From: Novakomyces olei
Lineage: Eukaryota
Direction: 5' to 3'
Length of the DNA stretch: 64,000 nt
Assembly: GCA_016906335.1 (NCBI GenBank)
Contig: JADEYG010000015.1
Location: forward strand, 930,001 to 994,000
Part shown: one piece after another, positions 13,364 to 27,221 of the stretch
Layout of the letters: each line of letters begins with the position of its first letter
Position numbering within the stretch: the first letter of the stretch is position 1
Program-made: the position numbers and the translations under genes
Notes under the pieces: generated by a model
Seen by the model: the letters and a program-made list of their open reading frames with translations, nothing else
Told to the model about the DNA's origin: nothing
Database searches by the model: none

Positions 13364-13969
13364 GCAATTGCTCACAGCTTTTATATTTTATCACCAACTT
13401 TATGGGTATCATTATCATGGAGATCCGAATTTCGAATAAGGAATAGCGTGGAAATTAGTATGGAGACTAATTTAGTGCTGAAATCCCTGTTTATATTGAG
13501 CTTTATTGTTGTACGCGTTTACAAAGTGATATTTAGAAGCTCAATATAAATAAATAATATAGTGTATAGTATGTTGAATGTATCGACAAAGAATTGAAAC
13601 TAGAAATGTATATTCACTATCGTCTCTTTTCCCAAAGACGAGAAGTTTAATATATTAGATTCTCTAAACACTGTTTATGATTCGCAGTTAGGTCGCAACT
13701 TAAATTTGAGAGAATCTAATTAAATTTACATGTAGATATGAGCCGGTTTTGCCACCTACTTTTTTCCGTGTAGCATATTATCCGCTTAACTCTATCGTAA
13801 TAAATTCTAGCCTAAAACAGAAAATTTGAGAACTTGAGTCCCATACAATATGCGTTCCTTTTATTCAAAGATTATGCCAAAGCAAAAGAAACATTCTAGA
13901 ATTACTACAACAAACCGAAAACTTCTATGACCGCTATTGTAATGCACCCTCTTTCCAACCCATATCTCA

Positions 13970-14710
13970 TCATAATGTACTAGACAGCTCTGCGTAGGCA
14001 CCAGACTTTGCAGTATTAAGGCCCATTGCTAGCAAATTGTGTAAAATCCCCAGGCCAGCACAAAGGCTATCGACTACAGTAACATCCGGTCCGACTGCTT
14101 CACGGACATTTTTGGCTAAGCCAGCCATTCCGGCACACCCCAGACAAATTACGTCAGCATCCCGCTCGCGGACCATACGAACAGCAGTATCAGCCAAATT
14201 TTGTCGAATTTTGGAGGGCGGCAATGTCTCCAAATCCAGTACAGAGAGCCCCGATGAGTAGACTCCAGCAAAAACGTGTTCTGCTAGGCCCAGAGATCTC
14301 ACCCCGTCCGCCAAAAGATACTCCCAGCGTTTGCTGGTTGTAACAATACCCACACGACGGCCGACACAGAGTCCCATGCTGATGCTCGCGTGGAAAATCC
14401 CCGTCACAGGCTTGCAATATAGCTCGCGTAGCATGTCTACCAATGGATGGTTTGAATAGCAAGCAATTAGCACAGCATCTGCCTCTTCAATTAGCTCGCG
14501 AATCGCAGCATCTTGAAGGCACGCATTTGCGGAAATGACAGATTCCGTCTGTGATTGGATGCTGGGAACGCCGTGTTTTGCACTAATGACGTGTGTCAAT
14601 ACTTGCCGTGTTAATTCGCTTGCTTCTGTTTCTAAGGCCGCTAATATTTTGGCTTCAAACGCGACCGTCGTATTTGGATTAATGATCAATATCGACTTTT
14701 TTGCCATCAT
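13970..14710 (-). CDS. DCG1: Asp/Glu/hydantoin racemase family protein (Dcg1-like)
   Basis: ILIINPNT, AVLIACYSNHPLV and ADVICLGCAGMA motifs with the two catalytic Cys. Confidence 0.8.
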   Translation of the reverse strand: MMAKKSILIINPNTTVAFEAKILAALETEASELTRQVLTHVISAKHGVPSIQSQTESVISANACLQDAAIRELIEEADAVLIACYSNHPLVDMLRELYCKPVTGIFHASISMGLCVGRRVGIVTTSKRWEYLLADGVRSLGLAEHVFAGVYSSGLSVLDLETLPPSKIRQNLADTAVRMVRERDADVICLGCAGMAGLAKNVREAVGPDVTVVDSLCAGLGILHNLLAMGLNTAKSGAYAELSSTL

Positions 14711-14804
14711 TTGGAGGACTTTTGGTCAAGAGGGCAAACATTTAGGCCTGGGCTACGGTTCTTATCATTAGTCCTCCATTGCTTTGCCGAAGGCGACAAA
14801 ACAC

Positions 14805-15185
14805 GCGAAAACCCTTATTTAGGTCTATCGTATATCCCGAGAATTAGTTTCAGAAAACCCTAAATAAATTGCTGTGGTTATCGTGACCCACCATAGGGTT
14901 TTCTAGGAGGTTTGATACCACAGACTAGAGAAACCCCTAAAGGACTGGTGGCTATCATTTAGGACCATATTAGGGTTTTCTAGCATTAGATGAGGCGCTT
15001 TGATAGTACCATAAATAAACTGTTGTACCAAGAACCTGGTTATCGTATCTCATAATAGTGTTTTCTTGGCGCATTTGATATCACAGACCAGAAAGAAACC
15101 CCTAAAGGATTCGTGGCTATCATTTAGAAGGACCATATTAGCATTAGATGAGCCGCTTTGACAAGGCAGATCAGAAAACCTGGAT
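14805..15185. repeat. Duplicated ~90-bp promoter segment with AAACCCTA/TAGGGTTT and GATA-like motifs
   Basis: 14911-15003 matches 15076-15161; AGAAAACCCTA and TAGGGTTTTCT occur in inverted pairs. Confidence 0.75.
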
Positions 15186-15535
15186 AAAGGCGTGGAGGTT
15201 TGACTTAGAGCAATCGCAGATAAATCTTGCTTAGCGGCATGATAACATATTCTAGAGAGATCATTGCAGCCAGGTGATGTTCCATTCGTTAACACTTACC
15301 AAATTAAACGCCAACTTTTCTCGAGATGGCATGGCGTGTTTAGATAGAAAAGGCTTTGATTATTCCCAATCAGTATCAAGTAAATGGGTTACAATCAAGC
15401 CGACCGACAGATAACCATTTTATGACTAGATAGTGTGGAAAGATTATTATTATAATTGTTTAATATTTTTTTATTTTTTAAAATATACAGTAAGTCGGCA
15501 AGAATAATGCAGTTTAAAAAGTAAAAAGACGATCC

Positions 15536-16637
15536 CTAAGCCTTAGAAAACATTCTATCAAACATGGGAATAAATGTTTGCGCAATAGCGAACCTATCGA
15601 TTTGTTAGCATGTAAAAAAAAAAAAAAGGATATAAAACATTTTAAAACATACGAAAAAACAAGTTTGGGTCCGGTCGTAAGCAACTTGGGCGTGAGACCC
15701 TTGAAGAAAGCAAAAAAGCCCTCTTCGCGCACCATTTTGCGTAGAATTTGGGTACCCGTCTCGCTCGAATTGAAGTCCTTGTTTTGAATTCGTGTTTTGA
15801 TCACATCAAGAGGCGCTGAAACAATGAGAGAAGCTGAAGCGCCAAAAATCGAGGTTACGAAGTTCTGACTCCAAGTGGCCTGTGAGTAATCTTTGAGTTT
15901 GAAAATGTATTCCTTAGCAAACGCATTTGCACCGAACAGGGCAAAAGATCCGGGTGCATTGCGAGCCATAGTCCATCCCCAACCACGGTAGAGTCGGAAA
16001 TTCTCGTCTTTCACGAGCTTGAAAAGGCCACGGCCCTGAAAAGCTTCAGGATTTGTTTGACGTTTGATCTTTAGCACATCAAGCGGTAGCAAAACGATTT
16101 CACCAATACCCACGAGTGATCCAGCTGTCGCGTGCATGATAGCTTTGCCAGTGCCCCGTCCAAAGGTATGATCAAAGTTCTCGCCATAATGTGAACTCAG
16201 ATAATCATTTACAATTGGCTGGCCCGAGTATTTGTATACGCGCTGCAAGATTTTGTATCCCGCAGCATATCCAAGACCAGGAAATAAAGACGAAAGTTTT
16301 GTGAGAACAGGCGCCGAAGAATAATCGCGGAACACAACAGCGTTTAAGCGCGAGAGGTTTGTGACGGGAGTCGAATTTGACATTAATCGCTTGGTCATCG
16401 TATCAATCTGTCCGGTTTCATAAACTGCACTTCCTAAAACTGGGCGGGCCCAGTATCAGAAGGCGATAAGCAGTGAATAAGCATTGTGACCAAGATAAAA
16501 ATCGAAAAACAACGACTTACAGGATGAAAAAGTCCCAATTCCAAAATGCCAGCACTTGCGGAGCCCGCAAGACGCGCCAATTGGGACTGCTTCCGGTTAT
16601 CACGCGCCGACGCTGATGTCGGTGCGACTACGGCCAT
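15536..16637 (-). CDS. GGC1: Mitochondrial GTP/GDP carrier (3 exons; introns 16408-16520, 15594-15652)
   Basis: HP(I)DTMTKRLMSN, SLFPGLGYAAGYKILQRVYKY, PLDVLKIKRQTNPE, KGLTPKLLTTGPKLVFSFA. Confidence 0.93.
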
Positions 16638-16683
16638 GGCGCAAATTTGTGAGTATATCCAACAAAGTTTTTCAAGTTTTTAA

Positions 16684-16686
<3 letters not shown>

Positions 16687-16728
<42 letters not shown>
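16687..16728. repeat. Poly(T) tract in the divergent GGC1/PCF11 promoter
   Basis: About 42 consecutive T. Confidence 0.9.
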
Positions 16729-17074
16729 GTGTGCGTGTGTAATAAAATCGGGTCTACAACCGATATATTTGCTTTATCTTATCTACACTTCAGAGCGATA
16801 CACGTATAATTGGTTTAATTGTTAAACTAGTTTATCTCTGTGTATGATTATTGATGTGGTGACGTAAAATCCAGCAGACGACAAACCTGTTCTTGCTTCG
16901 AGATAAAACCCAAACTTATTCCGTAAGGCTTCTTTCCGCGTCCGAGAAATGCCTGGATCTTGTTAGATTTTATATTTCCAAGCCGCTTTCGGTATCATTT
17001 TCTGCGGCCTTGACAACCAAATCCGAAGCTGTTTAATCTTAACGGGTACAGCGTGCCCTAGCAACCCGCCAAGT

Positions 17075-19468
17075 ATGGCAGAAGGCAACGCTTTTGAGGA
17101 TATCCGTCAAGATTACGAGGCTGAGCTGGAGTCGCTAACGTTCAACTCTAAGCCCATCATTACAAACTTGACCATGATTGCTCAGGAAAATATTGATGCG
17201 GCGCCGGTCATCGCAAAGTCGATCGAGGATCGCATCACAAAGGTATTTCGTTTCCTAACCAGCTCTCTCGTATTGGAAACAGCAGTAATATCGTCTCTAT
17301 TATTCGTAGAGCCGTTGGTCTTGCATTGTTGTTTGATTATGTTCTCGCTAGATTTAGTGGTAATTTCCATAGTTACATTGCTCTTGCTTGTCATGAGCGG
17401 TTTGCCTTCGTCCATAGATCTACATAAAGTCTCAACGGCACACGAGATATTGTCTATCTCGTCACCATTTACAGCTCTTATAGGCTTTACCTGACGGCCT
17501 TGCAATCTCTGAATTTTTTTATTTTTTATTTTATTTTTTATTTTTAAAATTTTCGACGTTTTGACTAGTCATTTTCTAGAAGTTTTGGAAATTCCGCAAC
17601 GCAAATATTTTCTAGAGATGGACTCTGTTTATCAATTCACAACAAAGGATATTAATGTGCTTCAAACCCTTTTCTAATACGAGGAGCATGGTGTCAGTTT
17701 CTACAGTATGCTAACAACACCAAGGCAGCGCTGACATATAAATTACCCACCTTGTACCTGTTGGATTCGATCGCCAAAAATGTGGGTCGTCCGTATACGG
17801 ACATATTTGCGAGGAACCTTTATAACATTTTCATGGCCGTATTCACCGTAGTGGACAGTACGACAAGGCGGAAACTTGAGGAGCTCTTACGTCTCTGGAC
17901 GCTTCCTGTTCAAGGGTCAGGTTCACACGAGCCTGTTTTTCCGTCGCAGGCCACGCAAAAGATTGAAAATGCGTTGGTAAAAATCCGGGAAATGATACAG
18001 CGACAAGCCTCCCAACGAGCAATGAGGGAAAGAAAAAGTGTAAGCTATATCAATCTTATTTGTATTAAATATATATAATTAACATTTAAAACTCTATTAG
18101 ACGCCGCCGACGACTTCACAGCCAGCACGAGCTCCGCGTATAACAACAAATACTTTGCTTCAGGATATTTCGAATGTAATTTACATTTGTCAAAAACGAT
18201 TAGCGCGAGATCCTTATGATGAAGAGATAAAATCTCGTATTTCGTCTTTAAAGCAATTAAGCTCAGTATTGCTGGCAAATGAGCTTCCTCAGCAACAGCT
18301 GCTGGATGTAAAAGCTCGACTGCAGACGATCATTTCTTCCCCGTCGCCTTCAAGAAATCCACAGACTAGTCAAGCCGCTATGAACGCTACCATTGAAGCT
18401 AAGACGGCAGAGGTCTTAAACAGCATTATGTTAGGTGTAAATTCGCAATTGCCTTCTGCTCCTCCTCATACGCATTCTCCTAATTTTCCTGTCCCTCATA
18501 CCTCTACCCCTCCTAATCCTAATCCTGCTCCTGTTCCTATGTCGGTTGCACCTCCTCGGCCAGTACAAGTGCCACCACAGGCTCAAGTACAGGTGCAGGC
18601 TGAGGCTTCTGAGATAATTGCCCGTCTTCAGAATTCCGGTATGTTTGGAGGCAATCCTTCTTTCACACCTCAACCGCCGGCTTCGTCTGTTCCTCCTGCT
18701 ATTGTGCCCTCCACATATACACCAGTAAATACTAAGGAAGCAGAAGAGCCTATTGAATTGACCACATCGTCGCTGGAAAAGCCTCGATCGTACCTTGTCG
18801 GTCGGCTGTTTAATGCACAAAGTCTACAGTGTAGTTCATGTGGTCTGCGATTTAAAAACACGCCGGATGGAGCAAAAGACCGAGATTCACATCTTGATTG
18901 GCATTTTAATATTAACAAACGCCTCCGAGATGAAGCAGGCCGAGGGCAGAGTCGGTCTTGGTACCCAGATGAAGAGGGCTTTGTTAATTTAGGCCGGGAA
19001 GATGAGGTAGCCAATAATGATGCGGCTAATTTTGACCATCACCAACGAAAACCTGATGACAACGATATCACAAATGCTTATATAATAGTGCCTGACGATC
19101 CAGAGGCGGCAGAACGGCCTTGCCCGATTTGTCAGGAGCATTTCAATTCTGAATGGAATGAAAAGATTGACGAATGGGTATGGAACAATGCGGTAAGACG
19201 TGGTGGAAAAATATATCATGCTTCTTGCTACAGTGAGGCTGCTAAAGGTTCGGGGTCGAACGGTGTAAATATGTCCACAGCAGCTATAGGCGCTGAAACT
19301 TCCCAGAAAAAGCCATCGACGCCAGTATTTAGTAATGAGCAACTGGCAAATCTTATTGGTTTGTTGGGTAAACGGAAGAAAGAGGATGTATCTGGTAAGG
19401 AGCCCCCAGCTGAAAGTAATGTGAGTGGCGATGACGAGGTTCCAGTGAAAAAGGAAAAGCTTTTTTAA
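17075..19468 (+). CDS. PCF11: mRNA cleavage/termination factor Pcf11 (introns 17243-17724, 18040-18100)
   Basis: CID start LTFNSKPIITNLTMIAQE and KLPTLYLLDSIAKN; zinc fingers QCSSCGLRF...HLDWHF and CPICQEHF...WVWNNAV...IYHASC. Confidence 0.93.
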
Positions 19469-20700
19469 ATAGCATGATATCAATAATATTATTTATCTAG
19501 TTCATGAGACTCTTGTTCAATTCCATATTAGAAGAATATCATTTATAACAAGCATTTCATTTATGCCATTTGCTACCTCTCTATTCCAGAGCTCGCAGAG
19601 TCTAATTTGATATATAGACGCCTTACTACCTTGTAGTTTCTCGTTACCAGCCGGAGCAGGCACATAAGTGTAGATTGCAAATATTTAAACACAAGCGTCA
19701 AAATGTTTACAATAGCGCAATTTGAGCCGTTATTGAAAGCTCTGTAGTGAGGTTTGTGCATTTGTAAGAATACACGAAGGGGAGATAACGTCGTAATATT
19801 AGGCAAACTAGCTGATTGCACTTATGCTGAAAACAAAGAGATGTCTTATTTATTATTCTTGAACAACAGGAACACGCGTTAGATTTTCTCTCCTTCCTTT
19901 TGTTAATAATATATATATAGTTAGGGGTTCATAAGCAAGACAATAAACGAACGGGTACCCGTCCGCGTAAGTTAATGAGTTGTATGACTGAAGCTTTATA
20001 TGCATATAGCATAGAAAACGCACTAAATATGGCAAGCAGACATATTGTGATCACACCCGATGTGGGCATTTGCGGCAAAAATTAAAATATTATTCTGATT
20101 GCATCATTCGTTGCAATGCATCGTTGCAAGCTTCTTAGGAATTTCTATTGAGATTTGGTTTCAAGTTCCTTTTTTCCTTGTGTTTGTGACGCGAGCGAGA
20201 CGTCAAGTGCAAAATGGTCCTTTGATTGCATAGTCGTATCGAAGACACAAGCTTAGCTTACTACCGATGCTTTTGGAGACGGAAATACTCTTACATGACT
20301 ATTCTTAAAGCGATATCTTATTTCTAAGCCAGTCGACTTACGATTTATATGAATACTTTTGCTGTTGCCTAACTATCTTTCACGGTACCTTTTTTTTAGC
20401 AACCGGTCCATGCAGAAATACGAAATCAACCGCGCAATTTTCCTCATACTGTTTCTTTTTATGGAAATGCTCAACGCGCCTACTACAAGACGAATGCGAT
20501 CGGCTATTCAGGAAACATTTGTTTAGTGTACGTCTTGCGATCGTAGCTTTCGGACTTTTATTACTGAAGTCTATGCAAAAACAAAAAGGTGTCTGTGCGA
20601 ATTATGTTTAAGATACATTGATTTGCGCTTAATTATAGCAGCCGATGCGTTCTCAGTCTTTTGGTTTAATTCCAAATTATTATTCGAGCAATAGCTTCAT

Positions 20701-23646
20701 TTAATTCTCACTCTTGTTATAGGTCAGAGTCACGATGTCGTTATTGCTTTCTTTGGGAGCTTTGCGGTATTCGATATGAAGTATTCCATTCTGGTCTTGC
20801 GGGATTTCGAAACTAATGCTCCAGCTGTCACTAAACGGACTAAATCCTTCATCTGTCGCGTTTCCAATGCTTTCGTTGTCCTTCTTTTCCGTGATCTGCT
20901 CCTCAGACTCTGGGGCCTGATCCTTAGTTTTGTGAGCCTTTTTGGCTTTATCAGGTTCCTTTGGCTCCAAATCCTTTGCTTTTGAATCTGCTGTAGCGTC
21001 TGCCTCTTTCACCTTCTTATCGCTGCCTTGTTCAGCTTGCCGAGTTTTACCCTTAGCCTTTTTTCCGTTATCTTCATCCTCCTTTGACTTCAGTGTATCT
21101 TTCTTTGAAGAAGTTTTTGATTTTTGTTCAGACTCGTTTATGTCTTTTGACTTCTCATCTTTCGTCTTTTCGGGTTTATTAGCTTTCTTTTTCTCTTTCT
21201 GCTGGGACGGCTCTTGCTTTGGCTTCGTCTTTTTAGGTGTTGGCTTTCTGGCTTTTGCCTTGTCTTTTTCATCCTGTCTGTCCTCAGTATTGTCACCAAC
21301 TTCTTTGCTAACAATGTTAATCATTTTGTCCTGAATGCCTTTCATGCGATCTTTAATGACATCTAGTGCTTTGATGGGCTTCGATTCATCAGGGTTCGAA
21401 GTGCCACCTTGTTTCTCTTTTTTGTCTTTGACTCCTTCCTGCTTTTCCTTTTCCTCGGGCTTCTGTTGATGGGGCTTTGAATATTGTTCTTTCTTTTTAT
21501 CCTTTTGCTTGCCTTTGTCTTTCTTGTTTTTTGTCTTATCTTTTGGCTTTGACTTTGGATTTTTTGCGGAGTTTTTGGTGGAGCTAGGATCTTTGCCATT
21601 GGCATCCTTGCCATCGTCATCTTTGCCAGATTCGCTTTGATCCTTGGGCTCTCCTTCGGCCTGTTCATTGTGATTTTCATCGGAGACGTTGCCATCATCA
21701 TCGCCATTGTCGTCACTCTTGTCATTTTCTTCGTTCTCCTCTCGATTCTCAACGCCTTTATCATTTTCACTTTCAGATGCCTCATCGTCGCCATGATCCT
21801 CTTCTTCTTCCTCATCTTTCTGTTCTTTACTTTCTTCGTTTTCGTCTTCATGATCCTCATCTTCCTGCGGTTTACTGTCGTCATCTTTCTCATCTTCTTC
21901 ATCTTCCTCATCTTCCTCATCTTCCTCATCTTCCTCATCTTCCTGTTCTTTACTTTCTTCGTTTTCGTCTTCATGATCCTCATCTTCCTGCGGTTTACTG
22001 TCGTCATCTTTCTCATCTTCATCTTCTTCATCTTCTTCGTCTTCTTCATCTTCTTCATCTTCCTCATCTTCCTGCGGTTTACTGTCGTCATCTTTCTCAT
22101 CTTCTTCATCTTCTTCATCTTCTTCATCTTCTTCATCTTCCTCATCTTCCTGCGGTTTACTGTCGTCATCTTTCTCATCTTCTTCATCTTCTTCATCTTC
22201 TTCATCTTCTTCGTCTTCCTCATCTTCCTCATCTTCCTCATCTTCCTCATCTTCCTCATCTTCCTCATCTTCCTCATCTTCCTCATCTTCCTCATCTTCC
22301 CTATCTTCCCCATCTTCCCCATCTTCCCCATCTTCCCCATCTTCCCCATCTTCCCCATCTTCATCGTCTTCATCATCATCTACCTCCTCATTTTTCTCAT
22401 TTTTCTCATCCTTTTTATGTTCACTCTCGTCACTCTCGTCACTCTCGTCATCCTCGTCATCCTTGCCATCTCCGTTATCTTCTTTGTTCTCATGATCTTT
22501 ATCGCCTACTTCTTCAGCTGGCTGAGGACCGTCTTTCGCTATTTTGCTCTTGGAAGGTTCCTTATCACTATCTTTACCTTTTGCGCCTTTTTTCCCTTCC
22601 TTTGTATTCTTCTCGTCATTGTCTTTGGGACTGCTCTTTGGCTCAGCGAGATTTTGATCTGAAAGTTTGTCTTCGCTTGCTCCTTAAATCAGCATTAGAA
22701 AAGTTATTGAACAACAAGATTATAAAAGATAAAATTTGATATTTAAAGATTCAAATGTCTGTAGAGGCGACTGATCCTACTTTGAGCTTCGCTGTCCATG
22801 GTCGGAATATTTATCTTTGCCGACAGATATCTTATGATCGCAATTATCAGACGGTTTCTAAAGTTGGAGTCCACTTCGAGTGTCTGTTCGAGCTCCTCAA
22901 CATCCTCGGCCAATATGTACGTGCTACTTGGAGGCTCACTTTTGGATTTCTTTTGCCTGCCTTCATCAGGGTCATCGTTATCGTCATGTCCACCTTTGTT
23001 AGATTTGCTGGTTTGATTCTCTTCGTTTCCAGCGAGCTTGGGACTATTTTCGTTGTTATTTGGTTTCAACGAACTAGCGTGATTATTGTTTCTTGCTGTG
23101 CTCTTTGCACTATCGCTGACCGTATCCATACTGTAAGAAAATATAAGTCATTGTTCAGTAAGAAGCTTACCAGTCGTGGTTGATCTACATGCAGAGTCAG
23201 CTAGATGATATATTAAAAGTTTTCGACTAAAATGGATTCATGTTACCTTGACTTTTACCGGGAAAGCGAAACTCTTGCTTTGAATGTTTGTATTCAGAAA
23301 AATCGATTGGACTTTTCTGGCGCAGAACGGGTTCGATCCTGGGTTCTCTAGAGACGAGCAAGAGATCGTTTTCTCTAATATCTTGTTGGCAAAGCTTTGC
23401 AAGCCCAGAATTAGCAATCTTTTATCGGTCGTGCCCTTCTTTGAAGCAATATGAGAGTCTTTGACCTTGTAAATTGGGTGTGTGTTGTCTACGGTTATGC
23501 ATATCAGTATAATTCAATTAAACCTGCTTTCTGGCTTACCCGGATTGAAGTTGAGCTGGTCGATGGCAAGCTTCTAATAATGGTCAGCATAATACCAACT
23601 TTAAACATGGCTAAAGTACCTGTGGACTCTTTTCGCATGAATGCAT
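20701..23646 (-). CDS. Orphan, highly acidic/Lys-rich low-complexity protein (6 predicted exons)
   Basis: ATG 23646 lies downstream of TATATAA (~23705). Five GT-AG introns keep frame (MHSCEKSPQ|KLAID...|DNTHP...|INHDC|MDTVS...|ASEDKL...). The last ~2 kb exon is open in the (EDE)n frame to the stop at 20701. Confidence 0.6.
21790..22460 (-). repeat. Coding GAAGATGAG-type 9-bp repeat with duplicated blocks (poly-EDE)
   Basis: Directly visible on + as (CATCTTCCT)n with repeated CTTCCTGCGGTTTACTGTCGTC units. Confidence 0.9.
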
Positions 23647-23921
23647 TTTACATGCTCTATGTGCCCTGAAAATGTTGGTTCTAAGGCCAAGGGCCTGTGG
23701 CTTATATAGTGCGTTTATTTGTGTCAGGGCATCTATCTCGTCGGAGAATCAAAACTCTCCTGTTTTGCGAAAGCAGGTTCATTGGTCTCCTGATTTATCT
23801 ACAGTGCTCGCTTGCGGAACTTGAATGCTAAATATATGTATGCCAGCCCACGCAGAATGGCCAGCTTAATTTCAAATGAGTCAATTAAAACGACTTATAT
23901 AAAGACTTAATCAAAACCCAA

Positions 23922-25626
23922 CTATTTGAATTGAACAATTATTTGACCATTTTCCATTCGGAGCAATACCCCTGGCGGACTCTGTTTTTCATTGCTCGAT
24001 CCATCCTTCGCTGGCTTGAGCCCAATGCCGCTCTCACCGTCTGGATCGAGTTCTGAATCTTTACTGTTTTTTTCATTTTGAAGTGGGGCGCCTTCATCGT
24101 CATCTTCGTCGCTTGGTTGATCTTTGTTTTCATCATTTTGATCAGAGCTTTGACCATCGTCGTCATCATCATCATCAGCATCACCATTGTCACTATCGCT
24201 TTGCTCGTCTTCGTCATTGCCATCATCGTCGGTCTCTTCGCTTTCGCTGTCATCATCAGGAGCATTACTATTTTTTTCTCCAACAGAATCGTCATCCTCG
24301 CTTGGGCTCTCGATAGGATCGTTCAGTGCCGACTGCCTTTTCTTTTTGTTATGAGGCTTTAAGCTGTTTGCGATGGGCTTGTTTTGCTTACCTTGTATGG
24401 CAGCTTTTTTAATACTTGCCTTCTTCGCGTTGTCCAAATCTTTACTTCCTTTGGCGGTGATAGCTCCACGTTTGTCATTACGAGTTTTCTCGACATTTTT
24501 CTTCTCTTTCGAAGAATTTTTGTTTCCTTTCGAGGCACTAGTCTTTGAGCTTTTGGAAAAATTGTTTGCTTTTTTATCATTTTTTTGCATTTCTTTGCTC
24601 GATATGACTTGAGAATTTTCTTTGTATTTGCTCTTTTTCCCCAAAGAACTGGCATCTTTAGACTTCTCAGTTTCCTTTTTGCTCTTATGTTTGTCTTCGC
24701 GTGTATCGCTTTCACTTTCTTCATGGTCTGTTTCATCTTCTACTTCGTCCTCTACTTCGTCTTCAGAATCGCTGAAATCAGTCGCTTGATCGCCCCTCTT
24801 TTTAGCTTTTACGAACCCCCCTAGAATATTTCAGTAAATGATATGCTAAAACGCAAAATTCTGCAAAAGCAAGCTGACCTCTACTCGATTTACTGTTACT
24901 GGTTTGGAAACTAAAGGCAGGGATACCGATAAACCCATGTCCAAATTGCTTACCAGTCCGAATCAACCATTTTTCAATATCCGGGACTTGGTCCGTATCC
25001 GATGACGAGACGGAAGAGTTTGCTTCAATATCGGCCTTGTCCTTGTAATGATCGATCTGATGAGGGTCTCTTTTCCTGGAGACATGATGGTGCCTGTTCT
25101 TTTGCTGGTCTCCGCGGCCTCTAATAAGATTTTCATTTGCCGGTACTTCAAGGCCAGTGTCATCAGGTCTTCTCTGCTCCTGCTCCTGCTCCTGCTCCTG
25201 CTGTTGCTGTTGCTGTTGCTGTTTCTGCGTTGGAGCGTTACTTGCTGATGAAGGCTGAAACGATGATGGAAAGCCCGGTTGCAAAGCCTGCGGTGATTGT
25301 GGTTGAACTGGATGCACATGTCCTACTGGCTGAGGAAATGGTTGTTGCGAAAACGGTGGCTGCGAAAACGGTGGAGGGGGAAACGGTGGCTGCGAAAACG
25401 GTGGCTGTGGAAATGGTGGCTGAAAAAATGCTGCTGGAGCGAAATTCGGCTGAGGAAACGTAGACGGAGCGACGTTCGCTGCCGGTTGTGAGTACTGTGT
25501 TGGAACTGGTGCCTGAGCTTGAATTGGAGCCGTTGAATAAGGATAACTGTAACGAAGCCATGCTTCAATGTTCTCACGTGTTGGATCAGTTGGTGGGAAA
25601 GGTTTGTTATACCCCCCATAAATCAT
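23922..25626 (-). CDS. Orphan P/Q-rich then K- and D/E-rich protein (intron ~24821-24877; 3' end uncertain)
   Basis: ORFs 24802-25626 and 23922-24644 join in frame via a phase-1 GTCAGC...TAG intron; (PPFSQ)n and polyQ tracts. Confidence 0.6.
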
Positions 25627-26342
25627 ATTTGCGCTTTAAAGTGAGACTCTAGCTGTGTAAATGAAGCAAATTTTGCTTTTGTCTGAGCAGTTTTGTGATT
25701 GTGTTCTCAATTGGCGCTAGTTCCTGGACTAAATAGTGCCGTTATCTCCTGAAGAATAGAAATGCTGCAGAATATATAGAGTGAAATGGAATTGTTTTGC
25801 CGCGTGAAGAATAGTCTTAAGGTGAAATTAGGGATAAGTTGGAGTTAACATATATAGAAGATTTACGGATATGGTCGAAATAATCAAGACCGCACTTTGA
25901 ACGGAACACTCTAGTCCTGAATCCTTCAATACCCACGGAAGAACGGGCTTTCAATTATTTTTAATGCAATTATTCTAGAGTACTCAATCGGTAATGTAAA
26001 GCTCAGGAGATTAAGTGTTTATTCTATTAAGATTTAATGATCTTGCTAATCGCCATTTTGAAAACGAATTGTCCCCTTATGCTTAAGTTTAATCTGGCCG
26101 TCTCTGCCTCCTTTATATAGGACATCAAGTGTGCATGCTTTCCAAAAATCAATACGTTATTACTATATGAATTGGAATGACTGGCAATAAGCTTACGCAA
26201 AGCTGCTCTTATTTGAATAGGATTGATCAAACTAAGTCAAATTCACTTTTTTGCAATGCCAGTTGAGCAAAAACTAATACAATCATCTTGCCAATTTCTG
26301 GTATAATGAATACGAGCCATAATAAACAAAGACATAATGCTT

Positions 26343-27221
<879 letters not shown>

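Noticed and set aside
21363-22739. ORFs reading (MRK)n, (IFL)n and (LPH)n
   Set aside because: Shadow frames of the poly-EDE exon.
23318-23350. B-box-like GGGTTCGATCC suggesting a tRNA
   Set aside because: No cloverleaf is evident and it lies antisense within a predicted exon; no tRNA gene was recognised in the window.
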